Position numbers and translations under genes: made by a program. Under the pieces are notes generated by a model. It saw only the letters and a program-made list of their open reading frames with translations. It did no database searches and had not been told where the DNA came from. A stretch of DNA of 10,766 bases from Octopus sinensis. Its lineage: Eukaryota. The stretch lies in contig NW_021827304.1 in the NCBI RefSeq assembly GCF_006345805.1, forward strand, positions 1 to 10,766, written 5' to 3'. Positions 1 to 8,426 of this stretch are shown here, in pieces (position 1 is the first letter of the stretch; each line of letters begins with the position of its first letter).

Positions 1-1
1 C

Positions 2-35
<34 letters not shown>

Positions 36-99
36 TGTCTATCTGTCTGTCTGTATGTCTGTCTGTCTGTCTCATCTATCTATTTGCCTGTCTGTGTGC

Positions 100-140
<41 letters not shown>

Positions 141-191
141 CAGTCTGTATGTCTGTCTGTTTTACTCCCTCTCTCTCTTTCTCTCTCTCTC
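1..191. repeat. Compound microsatellite (TATC)n/(TGTC)n/(TC)n
   Basis: Tandem TATC, TGTC and TC units read directly; truncated by the window start. Confidence 0.95.
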
Positions 192-684
192 GATCTCATG
201 TTTAATAATTGTTATAATTATGCAATTACCTTAGGCTATATATATGCTTTATATAATCCCTTTGTATATATCTGAGTCTTGTATCGCACTGTAGTCAAGA
301 TATCGCATCTGCTGTGCTGATGATGCGAAATGAGGAGGAACACGCGAAAACATTTGTTGTTTAAAAATATATTTTAAAAAATGTCTTTTCTTATGGCGCG
401 CCAATCCCGGAAGATCGTAGATTGGCTGAGTTTGACTCCTTTCTTCACTGAGAATTTCCAATTCTCATTAAGTACTTGCTCAGATTTTTCTCGAAGCGAA
501 GTTATTTGGAATAAATGAAGAATTTATCTTGTATGTTATTTAGTATACCTATCTTTGTCGTTGTTCCTCAAATTCATGCCACTTGCCACTCTGAGTTCTT
601 TTTCTCAGCAGGTCACTTTACGCATGTATGTACGTGTAGATGTGTGCATGCGCACGCGCGTGTGTGGGTGTGGGATATGCAAGG

Positions 685-702
685 GTGTGTGTGTGTGTGT
701 GT
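685..702. repeat. (GT)9 microsatellite within a GT-rich stretch (about 625-708)
   Basis: Tandem GT units read directly. Confidence 0.9.
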
Positions 703-821
703 GGGTGGTATACAAACTTAGAAGTCTCATTTGAACTAAGTAATAATTAGATAGTCTTTTGGGCAAAAGATGTCGGATGCCTTGGACTAATTTGGTTTCG
801 TATTTAAACAGAAATATCTTT

Positions 822-862
822 ATCATCGTCATCGTCATCGTCGTCGTCGGCGTCGTTATCGT
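822..862. repeat. (ATCGTC)n/(GTC)n microsatellite
   Basis: atcatcgtcatcgtcatcgtcgtcgtcggcgtcgttatcgt. Confidence 0.85.
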
Positions 863-1215
863 CTGCTGCAGCAGACGCCGGTCATTCAACGTGTGCAGAC
901 GACACAATTATATCTCATAGGAAGTTCTGTAATTTACACAATTAAAACATTTTCAGACTGGAAGGAGTCTGAACATTTACTTGTATATAGAATTTCCTGA
1001 ATATACAAGTAAATTAGTGTATCGGGCAACGAACTGCCAGGGTCGCTCGGCGGAGCATCGGATGAACTTTTTTGTGGTATTCCTTCTGGTATTCATCGCT
1101 CTCAAATCGAATATAGCCACGTTCATTTCATCTTTCAGCCTTTGCAGGCCGATGACTAAAGAACTACTCCAGTTCTTGGGGCGAATCTTTCTTTCAGTCT
1201 CTCAGTCTAGCTTCC

Positions 1216-1227
1216 CATATACATACA

Positions 1228-1259
<32 letters not shown>

Positions 1260-1328
1260 CTTACATACATATATACATACATACATATAAACACACACAC
1301 ACACACCCATATATATTATATATATATA

Positions 1329-1361
<33 letters not shown>
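1216..1361. repeat. Compound (CATA)n/(CA)n/(TA)n microsatellite
   Basis: Tandem units read directly. Confidence 0.95.
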
Positions 1362-1364
<3 letters not shown>

Positions 1365-1586
1365 AGTGGTTGGGGTCAAAGTCTAACACTGATGGATCCG
1401 GCACGTTTAGATGCCTTAAATATCACGAAAGTGCCCCTATGACTTCATCATAAGTTTACGGCCCAAAATAAATATTGTAGATTGGTGTACATAGTATTCT
1501 CGTTCTTCGGTTTGTGTGAGAAATGAAGAGAAAGAGAGAGAGAGAGAAAACAGCGAATATGTGCACATGTAAGAATGAACTTAGCA

Positions 1587-1842
1587 TTTCTCTGGCGTAT
1601 GTGTTCCCCCCAACTGGACAGGACGCCAGTCCATCGCAACCTTACTCAAGAAACAGGAAGAGAGAGTGAGAGAAAGTTGGGGTGAAAGAGTAAAACAGGG
1701 GTTGCCACCACCCCCTGCCAGAGTCTCGTGGAGCTTTAGGTGTTTTTGCTCAATAAACACACACAACGCCCGGTCTGGGAATCGAAACCGCGATCCTCCG
1801 ACCGCGAGTCCGCTGCCCTAACCACTGGGCCATTGCGCCTCC
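1587..1842 (-). mobile_element. tRNA(Arg)-like SINE, octopus OR-type, 3' end truncated
   Basis: The minus strand reads GGAGGCGCAATGGCCCAGTGGTTAGGG...GGTTTCGATTCCCAGACCGGGCG. A box TGGCCCAGTGG is at 1822-1832 and B box GGTTTCGATTCC at 1778-1789. The head is 57/76 identical (hand alignment) to the element at 2143, and the two share a roughly 60-nt 3' module. It lacks the distal tail (CCGAGCCCATGAGCC...) seen in the 2143 copy. The family name is from memory. Confidence 0.9.
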
Positions 1843-1943
1843 ACGCTTATTAGATGTACAGTAACGAAATTCTAACATTACAATAGTCTAGGACAGTTAT
1901 AAGTGCCTCGCTTAAAAGATCTGTAAATTTCTGGAATGAACCT

Positions 1944-2102
1944 TGTATGTATGTATGTATGTATGAATGTATGTATGTATGTATGTATGTATGTATGCAT
2001 GTATGTATGTATGCATGTATGTATGTATGTATGTCCGTCTGTATGTATGTATGTCCGTCTGTATGTATGTATGTATGTATGTATGTATGTATGTATGTGT
2101 GT
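1944..2102. repeat. (TATG)n microsatellite with TCCG-TCTG variant units
   Basis: Tandem units; variants at about 2034-2041 and 2054-2061; degenerate continuation to about 2142. Confidence 0.95.
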
Positions 2103-2142
2103 ATATATGACCGTATTTATGTATGACTAAGTACATATGTGT

Positions 2143-2384
2143 GGAGGCGCGTGGCTTAGTGGTTAGGGTGTCAGCATCATGATCGCAAGATTGTGGTTTC
2201 GATTCCTGGACCGGGCGACGCGTTGTGTTCTTGAGCAAAACACTTCATTTCACGTTGCTCCAGTCCACTCAGCCGGCAAAAATTAGTAACGCTGCGATGG
2301 CCTGGCGTCCCGTCCAGCTAGGGAACACATACACCATTGAAACCGAGCCCATGAGCCTGGCTAGGCTTTAAAAGGGCGCAAAAA
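2143..2384 (+). mobile_element. tRNA(Arg)-like SINE, octopus OR-type, apparently full length
   Basis: A box TGGCTTAGTGG is at 2152-2162 and B box GGTTTCGATTCC at 2195-2206. The head aligns by eye with eukaryotic tRNA-Arg(TCG) (GCGTGGCCTAATGGATAAGGCGTC...AAGATTGCAGGTTCGAGTCCTG, recalled). It is followed by TGTGTTCTTGAGCAAAACACTT, the shared GCTGCGATGG.CTGGCGTCCCGTCCAG module and a short A tail. Confidence 0.92.
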
Positions 2385-2390
2385 GTGTAA

Positions 2391-2782
2391 ATGTGTATGT
2401 ATGTCCGTATGTCCGTATGTATGTATGTATGTATGTATGTATGTCCGTTATGATGTATGTATGTATGTCCGTCTGTATGTAAGTATGTATGTATGTCCGT
2501 CTGTATGTATGTATGTATGTCCGTCTGTATGTCTGTCTGTATGTATGTATGTATGTATGTATGTATATATGTATGTATGTATGTATGTCCGTCTGTATGT
2601 CTGTCTGTATGTATGTATGTATGTATGTATGTATATATGTATGTATGTATGTATGTCCGTCTGTATGTATGTATGTATGTATGTCCGTATGTCCGTATGT
2701 ATGTATGTATGTATGTATGTATGTATGTATGTATGTATGTATGTATGTATGTATGTAGGTAGGTTGGTAGGTAAGTTGGTTG
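2391..2782. repeat. (TATG)n microsatellite with TCCG/TCTG variants and an exact 68-bp higher-order duplication; ends in TAGG/TTGG units
   Basis: 2521-2588 is identical to 2589-2656 (checked base by base). Confidence 0.95.
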
Positions 2783-2789
2783 GCATATG

Positions 2790-3040
2790 GCTATCTTCGA
2801 TTCTTATCTCTTCTTGCGCATGGTCATCACGAGATCAACCCTAATCGTTCAGACTTAAAACCAATGATCAAATATACTCCAGCCGTTTCTACCTCGCCTT
2901 TTCTTTTTCTATATCTGAGAGTTACACTTTTACAATGAGTCTGTATACTTTGCTTTTAAGATCGCAGAACGTGATTTGAAGCGGGGCGGAGATTTGGTTG
3001 GTGTTTGCAGCAAACGGACGATCACAACGTAAAAGACGCG
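2790..3040 (+). mobile_element. Possible old, degenerate interspersed repeat
   Basis: Segments such as ttttaagatcgcagaacgtgatttgaagcggggcggagatttggttgg resemble a common octopus interspersed repeat as I remember it. Nothing within the window confirms this, and the boundaries are approximate. Confidence 0.3.
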
Positions 3041-3162
3041 CTGATTGACTCAACTTTCGTTTCTTGATACTGTATAAAGCCCTCTGTTCAAACGTCCATT
3101 TATCTAAGTGGAAAGTACAGAGAAGAGGATAAGAAAGGAGAAAACATAAAAAATGCCAAAGT

Positions 3163-3190
3163 TATCTATCTATCTATCTATCTATCTATC

Positions 3191-3253
<63 letters not shown>

Positions 3254-3297
3254 GTCTGTCTGTCTGACTGTCTGTCTGTCTGTCTGTCTGTTGTCTG

Positions 3298-3362
<65 letters not shown>

Positions 3363-3422
3363 GTATGTATATATGTGTGTATGTACATATATGTATTTAC
3401 AAATATATATCTGATATATACA

Positions 3423-3476
<54 letters not shown>

Positions 3477-3590
3477 CATATATGTAAATGTGTGTATGTC
3501 ATATATGTATATAGGTATTTACACATATATATCTGATATATACATTTGTACTATATATATATATATACACACATTGCACTCACATACATA
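3163..3590. repeat. (TATC)n/(TGTC)n (3163-3360) followed by a TA-rich compound repeat
   Basis: Tandem units; includes a 33-bp duplication, 3393-3425 vs 3515-3547 (1 mismatch). Confidence 0.93.
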
Positions 3591-3999
3591 TTTGGGGATA
3601 AACATGGAGGTTTTGACCCTGGATTAATGAGAATCTGTTTGTGCTTCGTGTTTTAATTACTTTAACGAAATCAATCAACTCTTTCACTATTATTTCTCTT
3701 AGTAAACCATTTCATTTAGCGAGGGATTATCCGATGCACTCATCCTCTTGTGTCTTTCTGGATATCACATATTGCCTCTCGATATCACATAACCCTTCAT
3801 AACATATCGTATAGTCTTTCCAATTCCTATGATTCGCCTTTGGCCACTGGATGTATGTATATGTATGCGTGCGTACTTTTTATTTATGTGAATGTGTGTG
3901 TATATGTGGGTATATGCTGGTGTGAGTAAATGATTTTTGCACAAATGTATAAAGCTGTATAAAAATAATCTCTCTGTGGTGTATAGTTAAGTGTATAAC

Positions 4000-4001
<2 letters not shown>

Positions 4002-4042
<41 letters not shown>
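4002..4042. repeat. (TG)n microsatellite, followed by degenerate GT-rich sequence to about 4450
   Basis: About 20 perfect TG units. Confidence 0.95.
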
Positions 4043-4044
<2 letters not shown>

Positions 4045-4453
4045 GCATTAGTGTTATGTATTAAAAGATGTGATTTTATGTGAGTGTGTGTGTTTGTGTT
4101 TGTCTAATGTTTGTGTGAGTGTTTTTTTTTTTAATTGTATGTGTGTGTATACTTGTTTGTGTGTATACTTCTGTGTGTGTATGAACTCGTATGTGTGTAA
4201 GGAAGATTTTAGACTCAAAAGCCTCAATATATATATGGTTGTGTGAATATATATATGGTTGTGTAAGGGACAACTTGCGTATGTATGTAAGTTAGAGAGA
4301 TTGATAGATAGAGAGCGAATGTGTGTGTATGTGTGTGTGTCTGTGCATATGAACCCGTGTTCCAGGATAATTTTAGCCTCAATATAAGTGTGAACATATA
4401 TGACTGCATAAGAGAGCATGTGTATCACAGTCGGTGTATGTGTGTATGTCTAA

Positions 4454-4555
4454 AGATAGATAGATAGCTAGATAGATAGATTCGTAGATAGCTAGATAGA
4501 TAGATACGTAGATAAATGGATATACAGATAGATAGATATATAGATAGAAAGAGAC

Positions 4556-4599
<44 letters not shown>

Positions 4600-4670
4600 A
4601 TAGATTCGTAGATAGCTAGATAGATAGATACGTAGATAAATGGATATACAGATAGATATATATATAGAGA
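4454..4670. repeat. (GATA)n microsatellite with an exact 59-bp internal duplication
   Basis: 4476-4534 is identical to 4600-4658. Confidence 0.95.
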
Positions 4671-4712
4671 GAGTGGAAGAGACAGTGTGTGTTTGTAAAT
4701 AAAAGTAACTGT

Positions 4713-4810
4713 ATAACTGTATAAAGGTTTATTGGATTTCGAAAATCTGTCCATACTGTACCACCAGTCAACATAGAGTGAATGTTAAATTTAACATTTT
4801 ATACAGTTAT
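4713..4810. repeat. 98-bp segment bounded by perfect 13-bp inverted repeats, containing an 18-bp palindrome
   Basis: ATAACTGTATAAA (4713-4725) pairs with TTTATACAGTTAT (4798-4810); AATGTTAAATTTAACATT (4781-4798) is a perfect palindrome. Confidence 0.7.
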
Positions 4811-4814
4811 GAAA

Positions 4815-5140
4815 TTTTACAAATGCACTTTCTCAAGGAGATATGATATACCTATTATAATGGGTAATACTACATGTACTTTTCATATTTTTTATAGTGT
4901 GATGTAACTCTTTGGAATAACAATGTATGCGGCTGAAGAGAGCTTTAAACCATCTTTTATATCTGTTATACACTGATATAGGAACAGGTCGTTTATAAAT
5001 CTTGAAACACGTGTACCGCGATATCCTCTGTGTTCTGTTTTTGATTTCATTTGATATATTCTCTCTCACCTCTGCCACTATCTGGCGTATACAGGTGCTT
5101 ACACTTATCAAGTATTCACCCTAAATTTGCAGTACCTACT
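4815..5140 (+). mobile_element. Putative Penelope-like element 3' end / retrozyme-like remnant carrying the hammerhead
   Basis: Inference from the order hammerhead, about 125-nt tail, (TA)n array. No RT or GIY-YIG homology recognised; the left boundary is a guess. Confidence 0.35.
4925..5024 (+). ncRNA. Type-I hammerhead ribozyme motif, minimal palindromic helix III and long helix II (candidate)
   Basis: Helix I: GCGG 4929-4932 pairs with CCGC 5016-5019, extendable with GUAU 4925-4928 / AUAU 5021-5024 around bulged G5020. Core CUGAAGA is at 4933-4939. Helix II opens with GAG 4940-4942 / CUU 5001-5003, then UUUAAAC pairs with GUUUA(U)AA. GAAA is at 5004-5007, the palindrome ACACGUGU at 5007-5014 and the GUA triplet at 5013-5015. 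Predicted cleavage is between 5015 and 5016. Confidence 0.72.
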
Positions 5141-5143
5141 TAT

Positions 5144-5220
<77 letters not shown>

Positions 5221-5238
5221 TATGTATATATATTATTA
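5140..5238. repeat. (TA)n microsatellite
   Basis: Tandem TA units with minor interruptions. Confidence 0.95.
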
Positions 5239-5575
5239 TAAATAAGGGCAAAAGAAAAAATTCTATGCCAATATGCTGAAAAATAGACCTTAGCTCGTCT
5301 GACCACATACAATATTTTTCACTACAAATATACAGCGTGCTGAAACGAAGAAAGCAAACAGAAATATTAAAAATTCGTTATTCCCGAATCGGACCGATTT
5401 CTGGATTAATCCACAAGGATTGCCTTTATATATAATTGTTTATAATTTTCACCCTTAAAAAGGTATTTTGATATGCTGGCCACTGATAACATTTTTTGAA
5501 AAATATTTTAAAGTTTTATATAACGTACATGTGCTTTCACAAGCTGATCGACATACTTCCAAGATATTAAAAGCA

Positions 5576-5660
5576 AAAAAAAAACCCCAACCCCCCCCAA
5601 AAAAAACACAAAAATCCCAAAGCAAAAAACAAACAAACAAAACATAACAAAAAAACAATA
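5576..5660. repeat. A/C-rich low-complexity tract
   Basis: Runs of A and C and AAAC-like units. Confidence 0.85.
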
Positions 5661-6114
5661 AGACGATAGGACGTGGTTCGAACTCCGCACACTAGCCTTT
5701 CTATTTTATGATCATTGTATTCAAAGAGCTTGGAGTGTGGAAATGTTTACTAACAAAACTATTTGCTAACATGTCCGGCCTTTCACTACACTTTTAAATT
5801 GTATGCATGATCTATGTTTGCATGTTTGCATGCATATATATATGTATGTAAATACATATATATGTATATTTATATCTAAGTATCTATCTATCCTTATATT
5901 AATTATATACATTCTAAATACGCACGCGAATTTATATGACTCTAAAAGCGTTATTTACAGTGACGTCTAGATACAGTCGTTTATACATATGTATTATCTT
6001 TCGTGCGTCACTTTACATGACGTCTGTGTATGTGTGTTTGAGTGCGTGTGTGTGTGGGGCTGTGTAGTGGTGGTGGTGATGAATGTCTTTGTATTTAACT
6101 GATTGCTTAGGTTG

Positions 6115-6136
6115 ATATATATATATATATATATAT
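6115..6136. repeat. (AT)11 microsatellite
   Basis: Tandem units read directly. Confidence 0.9.
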
Positions 6137-6279
6137 GATTTGTCTTTTAATGAGATTTGGAAGAGTTTGTGCATGGAAATGTGTGATCGTGTCTGATTTA
6201 TAACTTGCTAACGGTCACATTTTATTGTAGGAGCAGACCCGTGTACATATGTGTTTCCGTGTATGTTTGCTTCTATGTA

Positions 6280-6324
6280 GTATGTATGTATGTATGTATG
6301 TATGTATGCATATATGCATGCATG

Positions 6325-6355
<31 letters not shown>

Positions 6356-6356
6356 G
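6280..6356. repeat. (TATG)n/(TA)n microsatellite
   Basis: Tandem units read directly. Confidence 0.9.
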
Positions 6357-6409
6357 AACGAGAACAGGGAAGAAGTTTTAATGAAAATAATAATGCACAT
6401 CGTATTGCA

Positions 6410-6870
6410 TTATTATTATATATATATATACATATATAAGTATATAATATATCATGTATATATATAATGTGTATGTGTATATATATATATATATATAAAG
6501 TATATATGTATATATATATATATATCTACAGTGTATATATTTATGTCTATCTATGTAATGTATATATGTGTATATATAGCCTTTATATGTGTATATATAT
6601 AATATGTATGATGTATATATATATTATATATAACACGCATACATACTATATGTATATATATATTATATCTATATATATATATATATATAATGATATGCAT
6701 AATACAATAAATATACATATACATGCATACATATAATGTATATAGGTATTATATAGTGTATATGTATATATACATAATGTATATAGCTATATATTGTTGT
6801 ATATATATATATATATATATATATAATGACATATATGTGTGTTTTTGTGTGTGGCGGACAAAAGTGTTTG

Positions 6871-6910
<40 letters not shown>
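6410..6910. repeat. Long degenerate TA-rich simple repeat
   Basis: About 500 bp of interrupted (TA)n/(TATG)n; source of several artefactual YI-rich ORFs. Confidence 0.9.
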
Positions 6911-7149
6911 GTTTTTGTTTTGAATGCATGCATTCTTACATATATACACACACAAGCGCACTTTGATACATACATATATGTACGTGTGTGATTATATGTA
7001 GACACACACAAATAAATACGAGGAAGCCGCATGAATGCGTACGTTTGTATGGTTGTGGATGGTTATGCGTATGAGTTTGTATGGCGACTGATGTCTGCTG
7101 AATATATAATGTGGTCCATATATAATCCAAGCATGAAAATTTAAAAAGA

Positions 7150-7330
7150 AGCGACAGAGACACATAAAGAACAATAAAAACTACAAAAGCTTAGAAGCTT
7201 AAAAAAAAAAAAATGTAAACAGAAAAAGAAAAAAATGCAAAACAAATCAACTGAAAATAAAGAATCGTAACTCCAAACGAAAAAGTAACAAAATAATAAA
7301 ATAAATAAAATAAATATAATTCAAAAAATG
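7150..7330. repeat. A-rich low-complexity tract
   Basis: Poly-A runs and AAAT/AAAG units. Confidence 0.75.
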
Positions 7331-7819
7331 ACCACGACTAAATATTGGCAAAATTTCTAAAGAATCCATCCACATACATAAAATGACATATATATCTGTT
7401 ATATGGGAAGGAATAGTGAGATTTTACAGGTGAGACACCGAACAGAACGGAAAACACAATTAATTTGATAAAAGTGAAAGAGAAAAAAACGCTGTCATCA
7501 AAAAATGCTTTCAACAAAAGAATCGTTGACAATATTTAAAAATAAACGAATAATATTATTTGTTCATATATTTTAATAAGACAGTTAATGCCATTTGCCT
7601 TTCCACTCAACGACCCAGTTCAACCTGTCCTGAAAATCTGAAAATGCAGAGACTTTAGCTTTAGTTTTTTATTTCTGTTTGTCTTTGCTTTTATATAAAT
7701 TTTAAAAAATAAATTTTTGGTTTTTGGTGTTTTTTTTTTCCAGTGCCGTCGCTCGTGTATTTCTATCGTAGCTGAAGAATCTTGACTTTTGGTTTTAGTT
7801 CATTTACCAGAAACTATTT

Positions 7820-8022
7820 AGAAACATTAGAAAAATCCAACAAAATTCTTTGCAATATCTTGTTACAATGCTTAACTTTCTGAGTTCAAATCCTGTCAGG
7901 GCCAATTTTGCACTTATCCTTCCGGGATCGATAAAATAAAATACTAGTCAAATACTGAGATCGATAGTATCATCTAACCTCTACTTCTCAAACTTCCAAG
8001 ACTTCATACCTAAAATAGAAAC
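7820..8022 (+). mobile_element. Highly degenerate copy of the tRNA-derived SINE found at 8431
   Basis: ttctgagttcaaatcc (about 7878-7893) and atccttccgggatcgataaaataaaatactagtc (about 7916-7949) align to the 8431 copy; the remnant head gaaacattag is at 7821. Boundaries approximate. Confidence 0.65.
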
Positions 8023-8034
8023 AAATATTTATCA

Positions 8035-8240
8035 GGCGGTGAGCTGGAAAAAACTCTAAAGCAGCGGAAAAATTGCTTAACGGCATTTCTTCCGGTTCTA
8101 AATGTTCTGAGTTCAAATTCCACCGAGATTGACTTTGCCTTTCATTCTTTCAGGGTCGATAAAATAAAGTACCTGTCATGCACTGGGGTTGATGTAATCG
8201 ATGAATTCTCCCACCCTGAAACTGCTGGCCTTTGAAACAT
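8035..8240 (+). mobile_element. Diverged copy of the same tRNA-derived SINE with an alternative 3' tail
   Basis: Starts ggcggtgagctgg, contains gttctgagttcaaattccaccgagattgactttgcctttcattctttcagggtcgataaaataaagtacc, and is colinear with the 8431 copy up to gatgtaatcga; the tail then differs. Confidence 0.88.
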
Positions 8241-8289
8241 TATTATAAATGGTAATCTTTATAACCAACTTAGCATGCATGCCTTGTTA

Positions 8290-8426
8290 GAAGACCGAAT
8301 ACTGCGTTATTAACCTTAAGAGATCTTCTCATTTAGGCGCTTGATGCATAAAAGGACTCACAGACAATGCCCCCAGCGCCTAGGTGAGAGGAACTCTCAA
8401 AGCTAATAACGCGGTATTCGGTGTCC
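8290..8426. mobile_element. 137-bp foldback element, candidate Tc1/mariner-type MITE (TA-flanked)
   Basis: Gap-free inverted arms 8290-8341 / 8375-8426 (52 positions, 10 DNA differences, 8 of them transitions), a 33-nt spacer, and TA at 8288-8289 and 8427-8428. Confidence 0.6.

Noticed and set aside
305-362. CTGATGA (317-323) ... GAAA (346-349) as a hammerhead
   Set aside because: An extra U precedes the putative helix II. In type-I topology the 3' strand (taaaaa) cannot pair with ctgtg, and in type-III topology there is no NUH before the CGCA/TGTG stem.
976-1200. Stop-free minus-strand frame (ETERKIRPKNWSS...SIYK*) and a signal-peptide-like stretch in plus ORF 981-1442
   Set aside because: No recognisable homology; no polypyrimidine acceptor on the minus strand; the plus ORF runs into microsatellite.
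1395-1450. CTGATGG ... GAAAG ... CTA as a hammerhead
   Set aside because: A9 is replaced, helix II does not close, and helix I has only 2 bp next to the core.
1767-2216. SINE heads as functional tRNA genes
   Set aside because: Anticodon and acceptor stems do not pair, and both continue into SINE bodies.
5674-5686. GGTTCGAACTCC as the B box of a tRNA gene
   Set aside because: No A box at a suitable distance on either strand, and no cloverleaf.
6236-6262. Minus-strand GAAAC-ACATAT-GTA as hammerhead helix III
   Set aside because: No CUGANGA or variant upstream; the context is simple-repeat-like.
7772-7820. CTGAAGA ... GAAAC as a hammerhead
   Set aside because: Helix II does not close, and no NUH with a matching helix I strand follows.
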